DNA of 64,000 nt, taken from a virus (taxonomy: Duplodnaviria > Heunggongvirae > Uroviricota > Caudoviricetes). The notes beneath the pieces were generated by a model. The model worked only from the letters and a program-made list of their open reading frames with translations, was not told where the DNA came from and ran no database searches. The stretch lies in the IMG/VR virus record IMGVR_UViG_2513237251_000009; one strand, written 5' to 3'. Made by a program: the position numbers and the translations under genes. Positions within the stretch are counted from its first letter, which is position 1. The number at the start of each line of letters is the position of its first letter. This document shows, piece after piece, positions 8,990-18,560 of this stretch.

Positions 8990-9149
8990 GCCCCACAGAA
9001 TGCAGGGCAATACTTCGAGTTACCAGGCAGTGGTCAGGGGTTAAGTAGCCAGCCCGAGGCGTAAGAACATGACGGCAGGGTTCAACTTTAATAACTATGC
9101 AGCAGGTTTTTGTTCCGCTACCCCGGCGTTAAGGGGAAATGAGGTCAAC
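8990..9149 (+). promoter_or_regulatory. Conserved early-left leader element
   Basis: About 160 nt nearly identical to 58560..58740 in prophage 2 although downstream coding differs; contains hairpin CCCCGGCGTTAAGGGG. Confidence 0.4.
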
Positions 9150-9302
9150 ATGGATACGCTCAATCTTGGCAACAACGAATCTCTGGTATGTGGCGTGTTC
9201 CCCAACCAGGACGGTACGTTCACCGCGATGACGTATACCAAAAGCAAAACGTTTAAAACTGAAGCTGGCGCGCGTCGCTGGTTAGCCAGAAACACTGACT
9301 GA
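9150..9302 (+). CDS. Small hypothetical protein (50 aa)
   Basis: ATG 9150 preceded by GAGG; MDTLNLGNNESLVCGV...; stop abuts the start of the next gene. Confidence 0.4.
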   Translation: MDTLNLGNNESLVCGVFPNQDGTFTAMTYTKSKTFKTEAGARRWLARNTD

Positions 9303-9313
9303 TGAGGTTGACG

Positions 9314-9952
9314 ATGGAATTTAAAGATTTACCTCCTTCAATCCAGGAGATTGCAGCACACACACTTCGTCATCGTCTGAACGAACTTGAATTGGAATCG
9401 GTAACGAAAAAAGACACTGATAATATGGCTCGTAATGTGCGCGATGCGTTTACCGGATTGTATTTCTGTGCGTCTATAAATAAACACGACTCAGAGAGTG
9501 TGGCAAATAAAATTGCAGAAACGACAGCGCAAAACATCAATACGAAACCAACGGAAGAAGAAATTGATCAGTTTGCTCATGATGCTGGTTTAAAAAACAA
9601 GAAAGAAAAATCGCCATATGCGGGGAACATGTTTGTTTATGACAATCTCATCAGAATTCGTGGCGAAATTCCGGCGGAATACCTGGCAAGAGTCCATCAG
9701 GCATTGCTTAAAAATTTGGAAACAGAATTATTTGATGGCAACACTAACGGTTTCTTCATGGTATCAGGCCTTGAGAAAGACTGGGATGCAGAAAAACGCT
9801 GGAATGTTGCTACATGGTTATTCAGTAACAGAGCCGCTGCACTGGAAGCTTCGGCATGTATTTGCGGCCTGTTCTTAACAGACCACAAATATAATCTGGA
9901 TGTGTACAGTTATATTTACGCTGAACACGGTCCACTCTGGATTGACTGGTAA
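9314..9952 (+). CDS. Hypothetical 213-aa protein, immunity-adjacent accessory gene
   Basis: ORF track 9302..9952; ATG 9314 has a GAGG Shine-Dalgarno; no recognised family, no hydrophobic segments. Confidence 0.5.
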   Translation: MEFKDLPPSIQEIAAHTLRHRLNELELESVTKKDTDNMARNVRDAFTGLYFCASINKHDSESVANKIAETTAQNINTKPTEEEIDQFAHDAGLKNKKEKSPYAGNMFVYDNLIRIRGEIPAEYLARVHQALLKNLETELFDGNTNGFFMVSGLEKDWDAEKRWNVATWLFSNRAAALEASACICGLFLTDHKYNLDVYSYIYAEHGPLWIDW

Positions 9953-10162
9953 TTATAAGGAAACACCAGCAGGGCCGCGGCGACCAACAGAACGATTAAA
10001 ATCAATAATGCCATTATAAAGGACATTATTTAATTTATCGTCGAATGCTGATTCTGTGAGCCTCAACTCTGAATGAGTTTTTAATAACCCTGATTGCCTG
10101 AGTTGATTTACCAGGCATTCAATCTGTTTTTCAATAAGCGGATTTCTTTTTTTGTTTGGCAT
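9953..10162 (-). CDS. Small hypothetical protein (69 aa), antisense to the early-left operon
   Basis: ORF track 9953..10174; ATG 10160-10162 preceded by GGAGGA; MPNKKRNPLIEKQIECLVNQL... Confidence 0.35.
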   Translation of the reverse strand: MPNKKRNPLIEKQIECLVNQLRQSGLLKTHSELRLTESAFDDKLNNVLYNGIIDFNRSVGRRGPAGVSL

Positions 10163-10499
10163 TTTATCCTCCATTGAGGTTCTGGGTTAAAAATGGAGAC
10201 CAACACGCTGTCACGTGTGGTCGTGCGCCGGACACGGATAAGAATCCGGTACTGACAGTTTACTGAAAGGATATTTCCCTGAAAAGTCAGTGCATAACGC
10301 GAAAGCGTACGGCGAAGCTCTTTCCCTTAGAAGGCTTGTCGTTAGATTTCTTCGAACGTGCGCTTCCGGTTGTGGCACTCCGCGAAATGGCGCGGCGGTA
10401 AGTATGGCGGGGTTATTCCTTCCCCATTGAGGACACCGGGTTGTCAGGTTGACCATACGCTTAAGTGACAACCCCGCTGCAACGCCCTCTGTTATCAAT

Positions 10500-10557
10500 T
10501 TTCTGGTGACGTTTGGCGGTATCAGTTTTACTCCGTGGCTGCTCTGCCGCCCTTTTT
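10500..10557 (+). ncRNA. dicF: DicF small RNA (variant copy) with intrinsic terminator
   Basis: TTTCTGGTGACGTTTGGCGGTATCAGTTTTACTCCGTGGCTGCTCTGCCGCCC then TTTTT; matches the recalled 53-nt DicF with one G-for-A change; about 300 nt upstream leader conserved with prophage 2. Confidence 0.8.
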
Positions 10558-10726
10558 AAAGTGAATTTTGTGATGCGGTGAATGCGGCTAAGCGCACGCG
10601 GAACAGTTAAAACCAAAAACAGTGTTATGGGTGGATTCTCTGTATCCGGCGTTAATTGTTAACTGGTTAACGTCACCTGGAGGCACCAGGCACTGCATCA
10701 CAAAATTCATTGTTGAGGACGCGATA

Positions 10727-10915
10727 ATGGAAACGTTATTACCAAACGTTAATACGTCTGAAGGTTGTTTTGATATTGGTGTTCTGCTCAGTAACCGGGA
10801 GTTTACTGAAGATGCCATTAACATGAGGAAATATGAGCCTTATCTGCTCAATGATAATTCCATACTTTCCCGAATTGCTCTTCTTGAACTTGGTATTTTC
10901 GGAGAACGTCAATGA
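10727..10915 (+). CDS. dicB: DicB-like cell-division inhibitor, divergent C-terminal half
   Basis: METLLPNVNTSEGCFDIGV... from ATG 10727; first 20 aa match the canonical copy at 59953, the remainder diverges. Confidence 0.7.
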   Translation: METLLPNVNTSEGCFDIGVLLSNREFTEDAINMRKYEPYLLNDNSILSRIALLELGIFGERQ

Positions 10916-11100
10916 CTTCAGCATTTGCACTGATGATGACGGTTTTTCTTATAACGGGTGAATCACAGAATGTGATTACCGGAATTTATGCCAGTAAAGA
11001 ATCCTGCCTCCAGGCAAGAGACGAGCAAAAAATTTCTGGTGAATGCCTCCCGGTAAAAAAAGTATCGCTGTACCTGAATAACGAAACACCGGCTGGATAA
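10912..11100 (+). CDS. ydfD: YdfD-like small protein
   Basis: ATG overlaps the dicB stop (ATGA); 62 aa with a hydrophobic N-terminus; paralog at 60138..60329. Confidence 0.6.
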   Translation: MTSAFALMMTVFLITGESQNVITGIYASKESCLQARDEQKISGECLPVKKVSLYLNNETPAG

Positions 11101-11192
11101 CCCTCCAGCCATATTAACACCATACCAACGGATTAAAAATGCCAGCAATGGCAGGGATTTGTTCACCCTTAAATCTGTAATGAGGTTTATCA

Positions 11193-12437
11193 ATGAGCAC
11201 TGATAAAGAAGAATTTGCGCTATATTGCGAAGCAAAAAATGACAAAGTCAGAAAACGTCTGGGAATTAAAGGTGGTTTTTACTGGACTACAGCAAAAAAA
11301 TTATCTGTTGCCATCTCCCGCTGCATTACCGCAATGGATGACAACGATTATGATGAAGACGACTTTAAAAAACCCGTTCGCGTCCATTTACCCGTTGTGA
11401 ATGACCTTCCACCTGAAGGCGTGTTTGATACCGAATTCTGCAACCGATACGAAAAAGGCGGGGAAGATGGCATTACAATGGTATTTATCGCGCCCTCTCC
11501 CTCCGTGCAGGAGAAACCAGCCAGTACTGACAATACCAACGTCAACGGCGAAGACATGACGGAGATTGAGGAGAATATGCTCCTGCCGGTTTCTGGTCAG
11601 GAGCTGCCCATTCGCTGGCTTGCGCAACACGGCAGCGAAAAACCAGTAACGCACGTTGCACGGGAAGAACTTCAGGCATTACATATAGCACGGGCGGAAG
11701 AACTGCCGGCTGTTACTGCCTTGGCCATTTCTCACAAAACAAAGCTGCTCGACCCGCTGGAGATTCGCGACCTTCACAAACTGGTACGCGACACTGACAA
11801 AGTTTTCCCTAATCCCGGTAATTCAGACCTGGGACTGATAACTGCTTTTTTCGAGGCATACCTGGACGCTGACTACACTGATCGGGGTCTGCTGACAAAA
11901 GAGTGGATGAAAGGAAATCGTGTTTCGCGTATCACCCGTACGGCTTCCGGTGCAAATGCCGGTGGCGGGAACAAAACCGATCGCAATCCGAATTTAGTAC
12001 ACACCTTCGATACGCTGGATGTGGAGATTGCAGCAGCCACACTTCCGATGGATTTTAATATTTATGAAATTCCGGGCAGCGTTTATCGTCGCGCAAAAGA
12101 AATCGTCCTGAAAAGAGAAAGTCCGTTCAAAGAATGGTCCGCAGCACTTCGCGCAACCCCGGGTATTCTGGACTATTCCCGCGCCGCTATTTTTGCACTT
12201 ATCCGGAGCGCTCACCCTGAGTTTTATCACTACCCGGGACGCCTTCAGGGGTATATCAACGCCTACTTAACGGAGACTGATCACGAGAACCCCAGCAAGG
12301 AAACTCTCACTGCTGCACGACATACACCGGAAAAAGATATCCTGGAAGAAGTTAACCGCGAACTGTCTGCTAAGCAGGAAACAGAAGAAGAAAATGATGA
12401 AGAAAAACCGCAACCATCTTGCGCAATGGCAGAATGA
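11193..12437 (+). CDS. Exonuclease VIII (RecE) N-terminal-region homolog, truncated
   Basis: ...NTNVNGEDMTEIEENMLLPVSGQELPIRWLAQHGSEKPVTHV... matches the recalled Rac RecE N-terminal region; ORF ends at ...EEKPQPS where the sequence switches to an integrase 3' fragment. Confidence 0.6.
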   Translation: MSTDKEEFALYCEAKNDKVRKRLGIKGGFYWTTAKKLSVAISRCITAMDDNDYDEDDFKKPVRVHLPVVNDLPPEGVFDTEFCNRYEKGGEDGITMVFIAPSPSVQEKPASTDNTNVNGEDMTEIEENMLLPVSGQELPIRWLAQHGSEKPVTHVAREELQALHIARAEELPAVTALAISHKTKLLDPLEIRDLHKLVRDTDKVFPNPGNSDLGLITAFFEAYLDADYTDRGLLTKEWMKGNRVSRITRTASGANAGGGNKTDRNPNLVHTFDTLDVEIAAATLPMDFNIYEIPGSVYRRAKEIVLKRESPFKEWSAALRATPGILDYSRAAIFALIRSAHPEFYHYPGRLQGYINAYLTETDHENPSKETLTAARHTPEKDILEEVNRELSAKQETEEENDEEKPQPSCAMAE

Positions 12438-12970
12438 TAATCAGAAGAAATCTGGCAAAAGACCGTTTTACAGTACCAAAAACACAGGCGGGAACCAATC
12501 GTGTGATTCACCTTATTAAGCCCGCAATCGACGCTCTCCGGAGTCAGATGGCACTAACGAGACTGAGCAAAGAGCATATCATCGATGTTCACCTCAGAGA
12601 ATTCGGCAGAACAGAGAAACAAAAATGTACCTTTGTTTTTCAACCTGAAGTGTCAGCGAAAGTAAAAAATTATGGCGACCATTTTACCGTTGACTCAATA
12701 AGGCAGATGTGGGACGCAGCGGTAAAGCGTGCCGGAATCCGCCATCGCAAATCGTATCAGTCGAGACACACTTATGCCTGCTGGTCGTTAACAGCAGGAG
12801 CTAACCCGGCATTCATTGCAAACCAGATGGGCCATGCAGATGCGCAAATGGTGTTTCAGGTGTACGGGAAATGGATGTCAGAAAATAATAATGCGCAGGT
12901 AACGCTGTTAAATACACAGTTAAGCGAGTTTGCCCCAACCATGCCCCATAACGAAGCGATGAAAAGTTAA
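12419..12970 (+). pseudogene. Tyrosine integrase, 3' fragment only (catalytic domain)
   Basis: ...HRKSYQSRHTYACWSLTAGANPAFIANQMGHADAQMVFQVYGKW... carries the R/H/R/Y catalytic motifs; no N-terminal domain. Confidence 0.75.
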
Positions 12971-13332
12971 TTTTTTATTTATCAATTAGTTAGATTGAAT
13001 GACTCTTGAAATCCATAATTCATAGATGTTTTTTACTATTCTGTGGGTTTTTGGGTGTTTTCTAAGTTTTTTCAGATGGTTGTATTTTTTCTAAAAATCC
13101 CTAATCTCGATTTTGCTGTTTATTTGAGGCCTTTTTATGTCCCATATATGCCCCACAGATACCCCGCAGCCAAAATCAACAAAATGCCAAAAGGTTCTGT
13201 TCCTGCCCTGCAACAAGAAATGCTGCGACGTGTCAGTAAACGTTATGACGATGTAGAAGTGATCATCAAATCCACCAGCAACGATGGCCTTGAACCGCCC
13301 CGGTTTTCCTGGAGAGTGTTTTATCTGTGAAC

Positions 13333-14223
13333 TCAGGCTGCCAGATCATCGTTTCCGATGGAAGCATAATAAGCTTTTTCTGCTTCTGCCGGAGGAGTAT
13401 GGCCCAGCCTTCCCAGCAATCGTCGATTGTTATACCAGTCCACCCACGTTAGTGTGGCCAGTTCCACTTCTGCACGGTTTTTCCAGCTCTTACGGTGTAT
13501 TACCTCCGCTTTGTAAAGACCATTGATGCTCTCAGCCATCGCGTTGTCATACGAGTCGCCTGTACTCCCTGTTGATGCCAGTAATCCGGCTTCTTTTAGT
13601 CGCTCCGTATAGGCCAGTGACACATACTGAGAGCCTTTATCGCTGTGATGGATGGTGCCAGACGGACGACGGGCCCACAACGCCTGCTCCAGCGCATCCA
13701 GCACGAATGTCGTTTCCATAGACGATGAGACCCGCCACCCCACGATGTATCCGGCAAACACATCAATGATAAACGCCACATAGACGAAGCCCTGCCATGT
13801 GCTGACGTAAGTAAAATCAGCCACCCACAGCTGGTCAGGTCGTTCTGCCACGAACTGACGGTTTACGCGGTCGCCTGCGGCAACGGCTTTCCGGCTGATG
13901 GTCGTACGGACCTTTTTACCCCGGAGAACACCGGCAAGTCCCATAACCGCCATGAGACGTGCCACTGTACATCTGGCCACCCTGATTCCTTCCCGTAACA
14001 ACTGACGCCAGACTTTACGCACACCGTACACCTGATGATTTTCATCGTATACGCGCTGTATCTCTCTCTTCAGCCAGTCGTCGTGCTGCGCACGGGCACT
14101 GCGTTTATCCGGATGATGTCGCTGTTGCTGACAATGGTAATACGTTGACGGGGCAATATGCAGTTCGCTGCATACCGGTCCGACCCCGTACTGCTCACGC
14201 AGCTTATCCAGCAGTGGCATCAT
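13333..14223 (-). CDS. IS3-family transposase OrfB (DDE catalytic)
   Basis: 296-aa ORF with the DDE region ...[23 protein letters not shown]...HSDKGSQY...YDNAMAES... Confidence 0.9.
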   Translation of the reverse strand: MMPLLDKLREQYGVGPVCSELHIAPSTYYHCQQQRHHPDKRSARAQHDDWLKREIQRVYDENHQVYGVRKVWRQLLREGIRVARCTVARLMAVMGLAGVLRGKKVRTTISRKAVAAGDRVNRQFVAERPDQLWVADFTYVSTWQGFVYVAFIIDVFAGYIVGWRVSSSMETTFVLDALEQALWARRPSGTIHHSDKGSQYVSLAYTERLKEAGLLASTGSTGDSYDNAMAESINGLYKAEVIHRKSWKNRAEVELATLTWVDWYNNRRLLGRLGHTPPAEAEKAYYASIGNDDLAA

Positions 14224-14546
14224 TTTTTCCAGAGGCGGTCGAACTCCGCCTTCGCAAAATAAGCGGAAGCCTGGCGAAGGATATCGTTACTGCGGCGCAG
14301 TTCACGATTTTCACGTTCCAGCTCTTTCAGACGCTGACGTTCAGCGCTGGTGAGCCCACCATCACCGCCCCCGGTATCCCGCTCATGCTGGCGAACCCAG
14401 ACACGCAGAGTCTCCGGCGTACAGCCAATCTTTGGGGCAATGGAACAAATTGCCGCCCACTGTGAGTCATATTCATCCTGACTTTCCAGAACCATACGAA
14501 TCGCCCGCTGACGGACTTCGGGGGAAAAACGAGTATTTTTAGTCAT
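14220..14546 (-). CDS. IS3-family transposase OrfA
   Basis: [19 protein letters not shown]... with leucine-zipper-like C-terminus; 4-bp overlap with OrfB typical of the -1 frameshift fusion. Confidence 0.9.
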   Translation of the reverse strand: MTKNTRFSPEVRQRAIRMVLESQDEYDSQWAAICSIAPKIGCTPETLRVWVRQHERDTGGGDGGLTSAERQRLKELERENRELRRSNDILRQASAYFAKAEFDRLWKK

Positions 14547-14752
14547 CCTGTTTACCTCTTTCTCAGGGAGTTTAGTCTCCAGGATTTCCGGGGCGGTTCA
14601 CCTTTCAGTTACTCGCACCGCCGATAAAGATTCTGCAAAAACTTTTGTTCAGGAGACGCTGAAAGATACCTGGGAGTCTGCTGACGAGTGGTTTGTTCGC
14701 TAATTAACGAGTAAAATCGACCCTGTACACGATTCTGTGTAAATGCCTTTTC

Positions 14753-15572
14753 TCAGAAGTGACCGTCCAGGCGGTCACCGAACTCGATAATAAAGCGGCT
14801 CATTGCCATACGCCAGTCCCGCAGTGGCATCGTCCATTTCTGTGAAGCCGCCTGGATTGCCAGCCACACGACCTTTTTCACTGAGTCATCCGTCGGGAAC
14901 ACCTTGCGTTTTTTGATGGCATGCCGGATTACGCTGTTCAGCGACTCGATGGCGTTGGTTGTGTAGATGACTTTGCGGATATCTGCCGGGTAAGCGAAGA
15001 ACATCGCCAGGTTGGTCCAGTTTGCCTGCCAGCTCCGGCTTATCTGCGGGTAGCGACTGTCCCAGGCGCTGGCGAACGCTTCCAGCGCCTGCTGGCCTGC
15101 TTCTTCTGTGGGGGCCTGGTAGATGGCTTTCAGGTCGCGGGTGACGGCTTTGTAGTCCTTCCAGGAAACGAACCGCAGGCTGTTGCGCACCATATGCACG
15201 ATGCACAGCTGGATGCGGGCTTCCGGATACACCGTGTTGATAGCGTCCGGGAAGCCTTTCAGCCCGTCGACACAGGCTATGAGAATATCGTTCAGGCCGC
15301 GGTTTTTTAGTTCAGTCAGCACATTGAGCCAGAACTTCGCTCCCTCGTTTTCGGCCAGCCACATACCCAGTAACTCTTTCTGGCCTTCGATATTGATACC
15401 CAGTGCGAGGAATACGGATTTATTGATTACGCGACTGTCCTGCCGAACCTTCAGGACAATACAGTCAAGATAAACAATGGGATAGACCGCATCCAGTGGC
15501 CGGTTTTGCCATTCGACTACCTGCTCCATAACGGCATCGGTGACCTTCGATACCAGCGCCGGTGAGACATCA
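14753..15572 (-). pseudogene. IS256-family transposase, C-terminal part
   Basis: ORF track 14753..15655 trimmed at the IS66 boundary; ...VTDAVMEQVVEWQNRPLDAVYPIVYLDCI... mutator-family motifs. Confidence 0.8.
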
Positions 15573-15644
15573 GGTAAGCGTACAGCCTGAACCGTCTGGT
15601 CAGAATCTGACGAATTAGACAAAGTGGTGTCCACCAAATAAGTA

Positions 15645-16046
15645 GTGGGAACCAAAGTATCAGATATGCAGAAAAATGTGACTCCCGGCAGGCGAAAAGG
15701 CTGCCCTAATTATCCTCCCGAATTTAAACAGCAGCTCGTTGCTGCCTCCTGTGAACCCGGGATATCCATCTCAAAACTTGCTCTTGAAAATGGCATTAAC
15801 GCAAATCTGTTGTTCAAATGGCGACAACAATGGCGCGAGGGAAAGCTGCTATTACCTTCTTCAGAGAGCCCCCAGCTACTTCCTGTGACTCTCGATGCAG
15901 CTGCCGAACAGCCAGAATCGCTCGCAGAGGACCCGGAAACCCTCAGTATCAGCTGTGAGGTAACGTTCCGGCACGGGACGCTCCGCTTCAATGGCAATGT
16001 CAGCGAAAAGCTCCTGACTCTGCTGATACAGGAACTGAAGCGATGA
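15645..16046 (+). CDS. IS66-family OrfA
   Basis: First ORF of the IS66 triad; start uncertain. Confidence 0.8.
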   Translation: MGTKVSDMQKNVTPGRRKGCPNYPPEFKQQLVAASCEPGISISKLALENGINANLLFKWRQQWREGKLLLPSSESPQLLPVTLDAAAEQPESLAEDPETLSISCEVTFRHGTLRFNGNVSEKLLTLLIQELKR

Positions 16047-16390
16047 TCCCGTTACCTTCCGGGACCAAAATTTGGCTGGTTGCCGGTATCACCGATATGA
16101 GAAATGGCTTCAACGGCCTGGCTGCGAAAGTACAAACGGCGCTGAAAGACGATCCCATGTCCGGCCATGTTTTCATTTTCCGGGGCCGCAGCGGCAGTCA
16201 GGTTAAACTGCTGTGGTCCACCGGTGACGGACTGTGCCTCCTGACCAAACGGCTGGAGCGTGGGCGCTTCGCCTGGCCGTCAGCCCGTGATGGCAAAGTG
16301 TTCCTTACGCAGGCGCAGCTGGCGATGCTGCTGGAAGGTATCGACTGGCGACAGCCTAAGCGGCTGCTGACCTCCCTGACCATGCTGTAA
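16043..16390 (+). CDS. IS66-family OrfB
   Basis: 115-aa ORF overlapping OrfA by 4 bp; [28 protein letters not shown]... Confidence 0.9.
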   Translation: MIPLPSGTKIWLVAGITDMRNGFNGLAAKVQTALKDDPMSGHVFIFRGRSGSQVKLLWSTGDGLCLLTKRLERGRFAWPSARDGKVFLTQAQLAMLLEGIDWRQPKRLLTSLTML

Positions 16391-16439
16391 ATCTCTTTAT
16401 CCTGGTTGTCACAGAATAAGCCCGGTAAAATACGGGCTT

Positions 16440-17978
16440 ATGAACGACATCTCTTCTGACGACATCTTCCTGCTGAAACAGCGCCTGGCCGAACAGGAAG
16501 CGCTGATCCACGCCCTGCAGGAAAAGCTGAGCAACCGGGAGCGCGAAATAGACCATCTGCAGGCGCAGCTGGATAAACTCCGCCGGATGAACTTCGGCAG
16601 TCGTTCCGAAAAAGTCTCCCGCCGTATCGCACAAATGGAAGCCGATCTGAACCGGCTTCAGAAAGAGAGCGATACGCTGACTGGTAGGGTGTATGACCCG
16701 GCAGTACAGCGTCCGTTGCGTCAGACCCGCACCCGTAAGCCGTTCCCTGAATCACTACCCCGTGACGAAAAGCGACTGTTGCCTGCGGCGCCGTGCTGCC
16801 CGAACTGCGGCGGTTCACTGAGCTATCTGGGCGAGGATACCGCCGAACAGCTGGAGTTGATGCGTAGCGCCTTCCGGGTTATCCGGACGGTACGGGAAAA
16901 ACATGCCTGTACTCAGTGCGATGCCATCGTGCAGGCACCTGCACCTTCGCGGCCCATCGAGCGGGGTATCGCCGGACCGGGGCTGCTGGCCCGCGTGCTG
17001 ACCTCGAAGTATGCAGAGCACACCCCGCTGTATCGCCAGTCAGAAATATACGGCCGGCAAGGTGTGGAGCTGAGGCGTTCACTGCTGTCGGGCTGGGTGG
17101 ATGCATGCTGCCGGCTGCTGTCTCCGCTGGAAGAGGCGCTTCATGGCTATGTCATGACTGACGGCAAACTCCATGCCGATGATACCCCGGTCCAGGTACT
17201 GCTGCCGGGTAATAAGAAGACGAAGACCGGGCGGTTGTGGGCGTATGTTCGTGATGACCGCAATGCAGGGTCAGCGTTGGCACCTGCAGTGTGGTTCGCT
17301 TACAGCCCGGACAGAAAAGGCATCCATCCGCAGACTCATCTTGCCTGCTTCAGCGGTGTGCTGCAAGCGGATGCGTACGCCGGGTTCAACGAGCTGTATC
17401 GCAATGGTGGGATAACGGAAGCTGCCTGCTGGGCTCATGCCCGCCGAAAGATCCACGATGTGCACGTCCGCATCCCGTCAGCACTGACGGAAGAAGCCCT
17501 GGAGCAGATCGGTCAGTTGTACGCCATAGAGGCGGATATAAGGGGAATGCCGGCAGAGCAGCGGCTTGCTGAACGTCAGCGAAAAACGAAACCGTTGTTG
17601 AAATCCCTGGAAAGCTGGTTGCGTGAAAAGATGAAGACCCTGTCGCGACACTCAGAGTTGGCGAAGGCGTTCGCGTACGCACTTAACCAGTGGCCGGCAC
17701 TGACGTACTATGCGAACGATGGCTGGGTGGAAATCGACAACAACATCGCTGAAAATGCCCTGCGGGCGGTCAGTCTGGGTCGTAAAAACTTCCTGTTCTT
17801 CGGCTCTGATCATGGTGGTGAGCGGGGAGCGCTACTGTACAGCCTGATCGGGACGTGCAAACTGAATGACGTGGATCCAGAAAGCTACCTTCGCCATGTG
17901 CTTGGCGTCATAGCAGACTGGCCGGTCAACCGGGTCAGCGAACTGCTTCCGTGGCGCATAGCACTGCCAGCTGAATAA
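16440..17978 (+). CDS. IS66-family transposase (OrfC)
   Basis: 512-aa ORF with N-terminal coiled-coil, zinc-ribbon CCPNCGG and DDE-type region. Confidence 0.9.
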   Translation: MNDISSDDIFLLKQRLAEQEALIHALQEKLSNREREIDHLQAQLDKLRRMNFGSRSEKVSRRIAQMEADLNRLQKESDTLTGRVYDPAVQRPLRQTRTRKPFPESLPRDEKRLLPAAPCCPNCGGSLSYLGEDTAEQLELMRSAFRVIRTVREKHACTQCDAIVQAPAPSRPIERGIAGPGLLARVLTSKYAEHTPLYRQSEIYGRQGVELRRSLLSGWVDACCRLLSPLEEALHGYVMTDGKLHADDTPVQVLLPGNKKTKTGRLWAYVRDDRNAGSALAPAVWFAYSPDRKGIHPQTHLACFSGVLQADAYAGFNELYRNGGITEAACWAHARRKIHDVHVRIPSALTEEALEQIGQLYAIEADIRGMPAEQRLAERQRKTKPLLKSLESWLREKMKTLSRHSELAKAFAYALNQWPALTYYANDGWVEIDNNIAENALRAVSLGRKNFLFFGSDHGGERGALLYSLIGTCKLNDVDPESYLRHVLGVIADWPVNRVSELLPWRIALPAE

Positions 17979-18015
17979 CACATCCCCGTCAATACGGCCC
18001 TCGCTGTACGCTTAC

Positions 18016-18411
18016 GACATCAGCGTCATACAGCTCTTTAAACGCAGCCGCTATTTCGCGGGTTGTCAGGCCTTTGGCGTACAACGACAGGATCTGGTTA
18101 TCCATCCCGGTGATCCGGGTCTGGTTTTTCTTCACAAGTTGCGGTTCAAAAGAGCCATCACGATCGCGCGGAGTGCGTAGTTCCAGGTGGCCATCACCGG
18201 TGATAACGGTCTTTGTGGAATAGCCATTGCGGGAGTTGGCACCCGGTTTAGGCTGGTTTTTATCGTAGCCCAGATGGTGGGACATTTCAGCGTTGAGAGC
18301 TGCCTCAACGCTGATTTTCTTCAGCAGGCGATCGAACTGGCTGAGATCTTCAGGGGTTTTGAGATTTTTGGCCAGTTCGTTAGCCAGAGCCTGCAACTGT
18401 TTTTCGTCCAT
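18016..18411 (-). pseudogene. IS256-family transposase, N-terminal part
   Basis: MDEKQLQALANELAKNLKTPEDL... continues in frame with 14753..15572 once the IS66 element is removed. Confidence 0.8.
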
Positions 18412-18560
18412 AAATTAACCTGCTTTTGATGTTGGATTGAACATATCAAAATCAGGCAATTACACAAATCTATGTACAGGCTCCTCAGTAAATATCAATA
18501 CGGTTCTGGCGAGCCGCTTACGATGCATGAGAATCACTAATAGTATGTAATTATTACATT

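Larger units (their letters stand above)
1..12970. mobile_element. Defective lambdoid prophage remnant (prophage 1), continuing left of the window
   Basis: Contiguous phage early, nin and Q genes in lambda order; ends at an integrase 3' fragment joined to a recE 5' part; no lysis or structural genes inside the window. Confidence 0.8.
13291..14600 (-). mobile_element. IS3-family insertion sequence, IS629-like (1310 bp) with 3-bp CCT target-site duplication
   Basis: Terminal inverted repeats TGAACCGCCCCGG at 13291 and 14600 (reverse complement); CCT at 13288-13290 and 14601-14603. Confidence 0.85.
13148..14703 (+). pseudogene. Small hypothetical gene interrupted by IS629-like insertion
   Basis: [48 protein letters not shown] reads through the CCT target duplication into [32 protein letters not shown] after the IS. 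Confidence 0.45.
15573..18015 (+). mobile_element. IS66-family insertion sequence (about 2.44 kb) with 8-bp target-site duplication GACATCAG
   Basis: GTAAGCGTACAGC inverted repeats at both ends; GACATCAG at 15565-15572 and 18016-18023; three-ORF IS66 organisation. Confidence 0.9.
14719..18482 (-). mobile_element. IS256-family element, split by an IS66-family insertion
   Basis: Mutator-type transposase in two pieces; imperfect terminal inverted repeats GACCCTGTACACGATTCTGTGTAAATGCC (left) and GAGCCTGTACATAGATTTGTGTAATTGCC (right, reverse complement); boundaries approximate. Confidence 0.6.

Noticed and set aside
8858-9150. Lambda N-type antiterminator gene and canonical boxA/boxB nut site downstream of the repressor
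   Set aside because: No small Arg-rich N-like ORF and no boxB-like GNRA-type hairpin were found; only the conserved leader hairpin CCCCGGCGTTAAGGGG, recorded as a regulatory feature of unknown type.
12971-13147. AT-rich tract after the integrase fragment as a prophage attachment site
   Set aside because: No direct repeat partner for a core att sequence is visible inside the window and the region also serves as promoter of the IS-disrupted gene; it cannot be assigned from this window alone.
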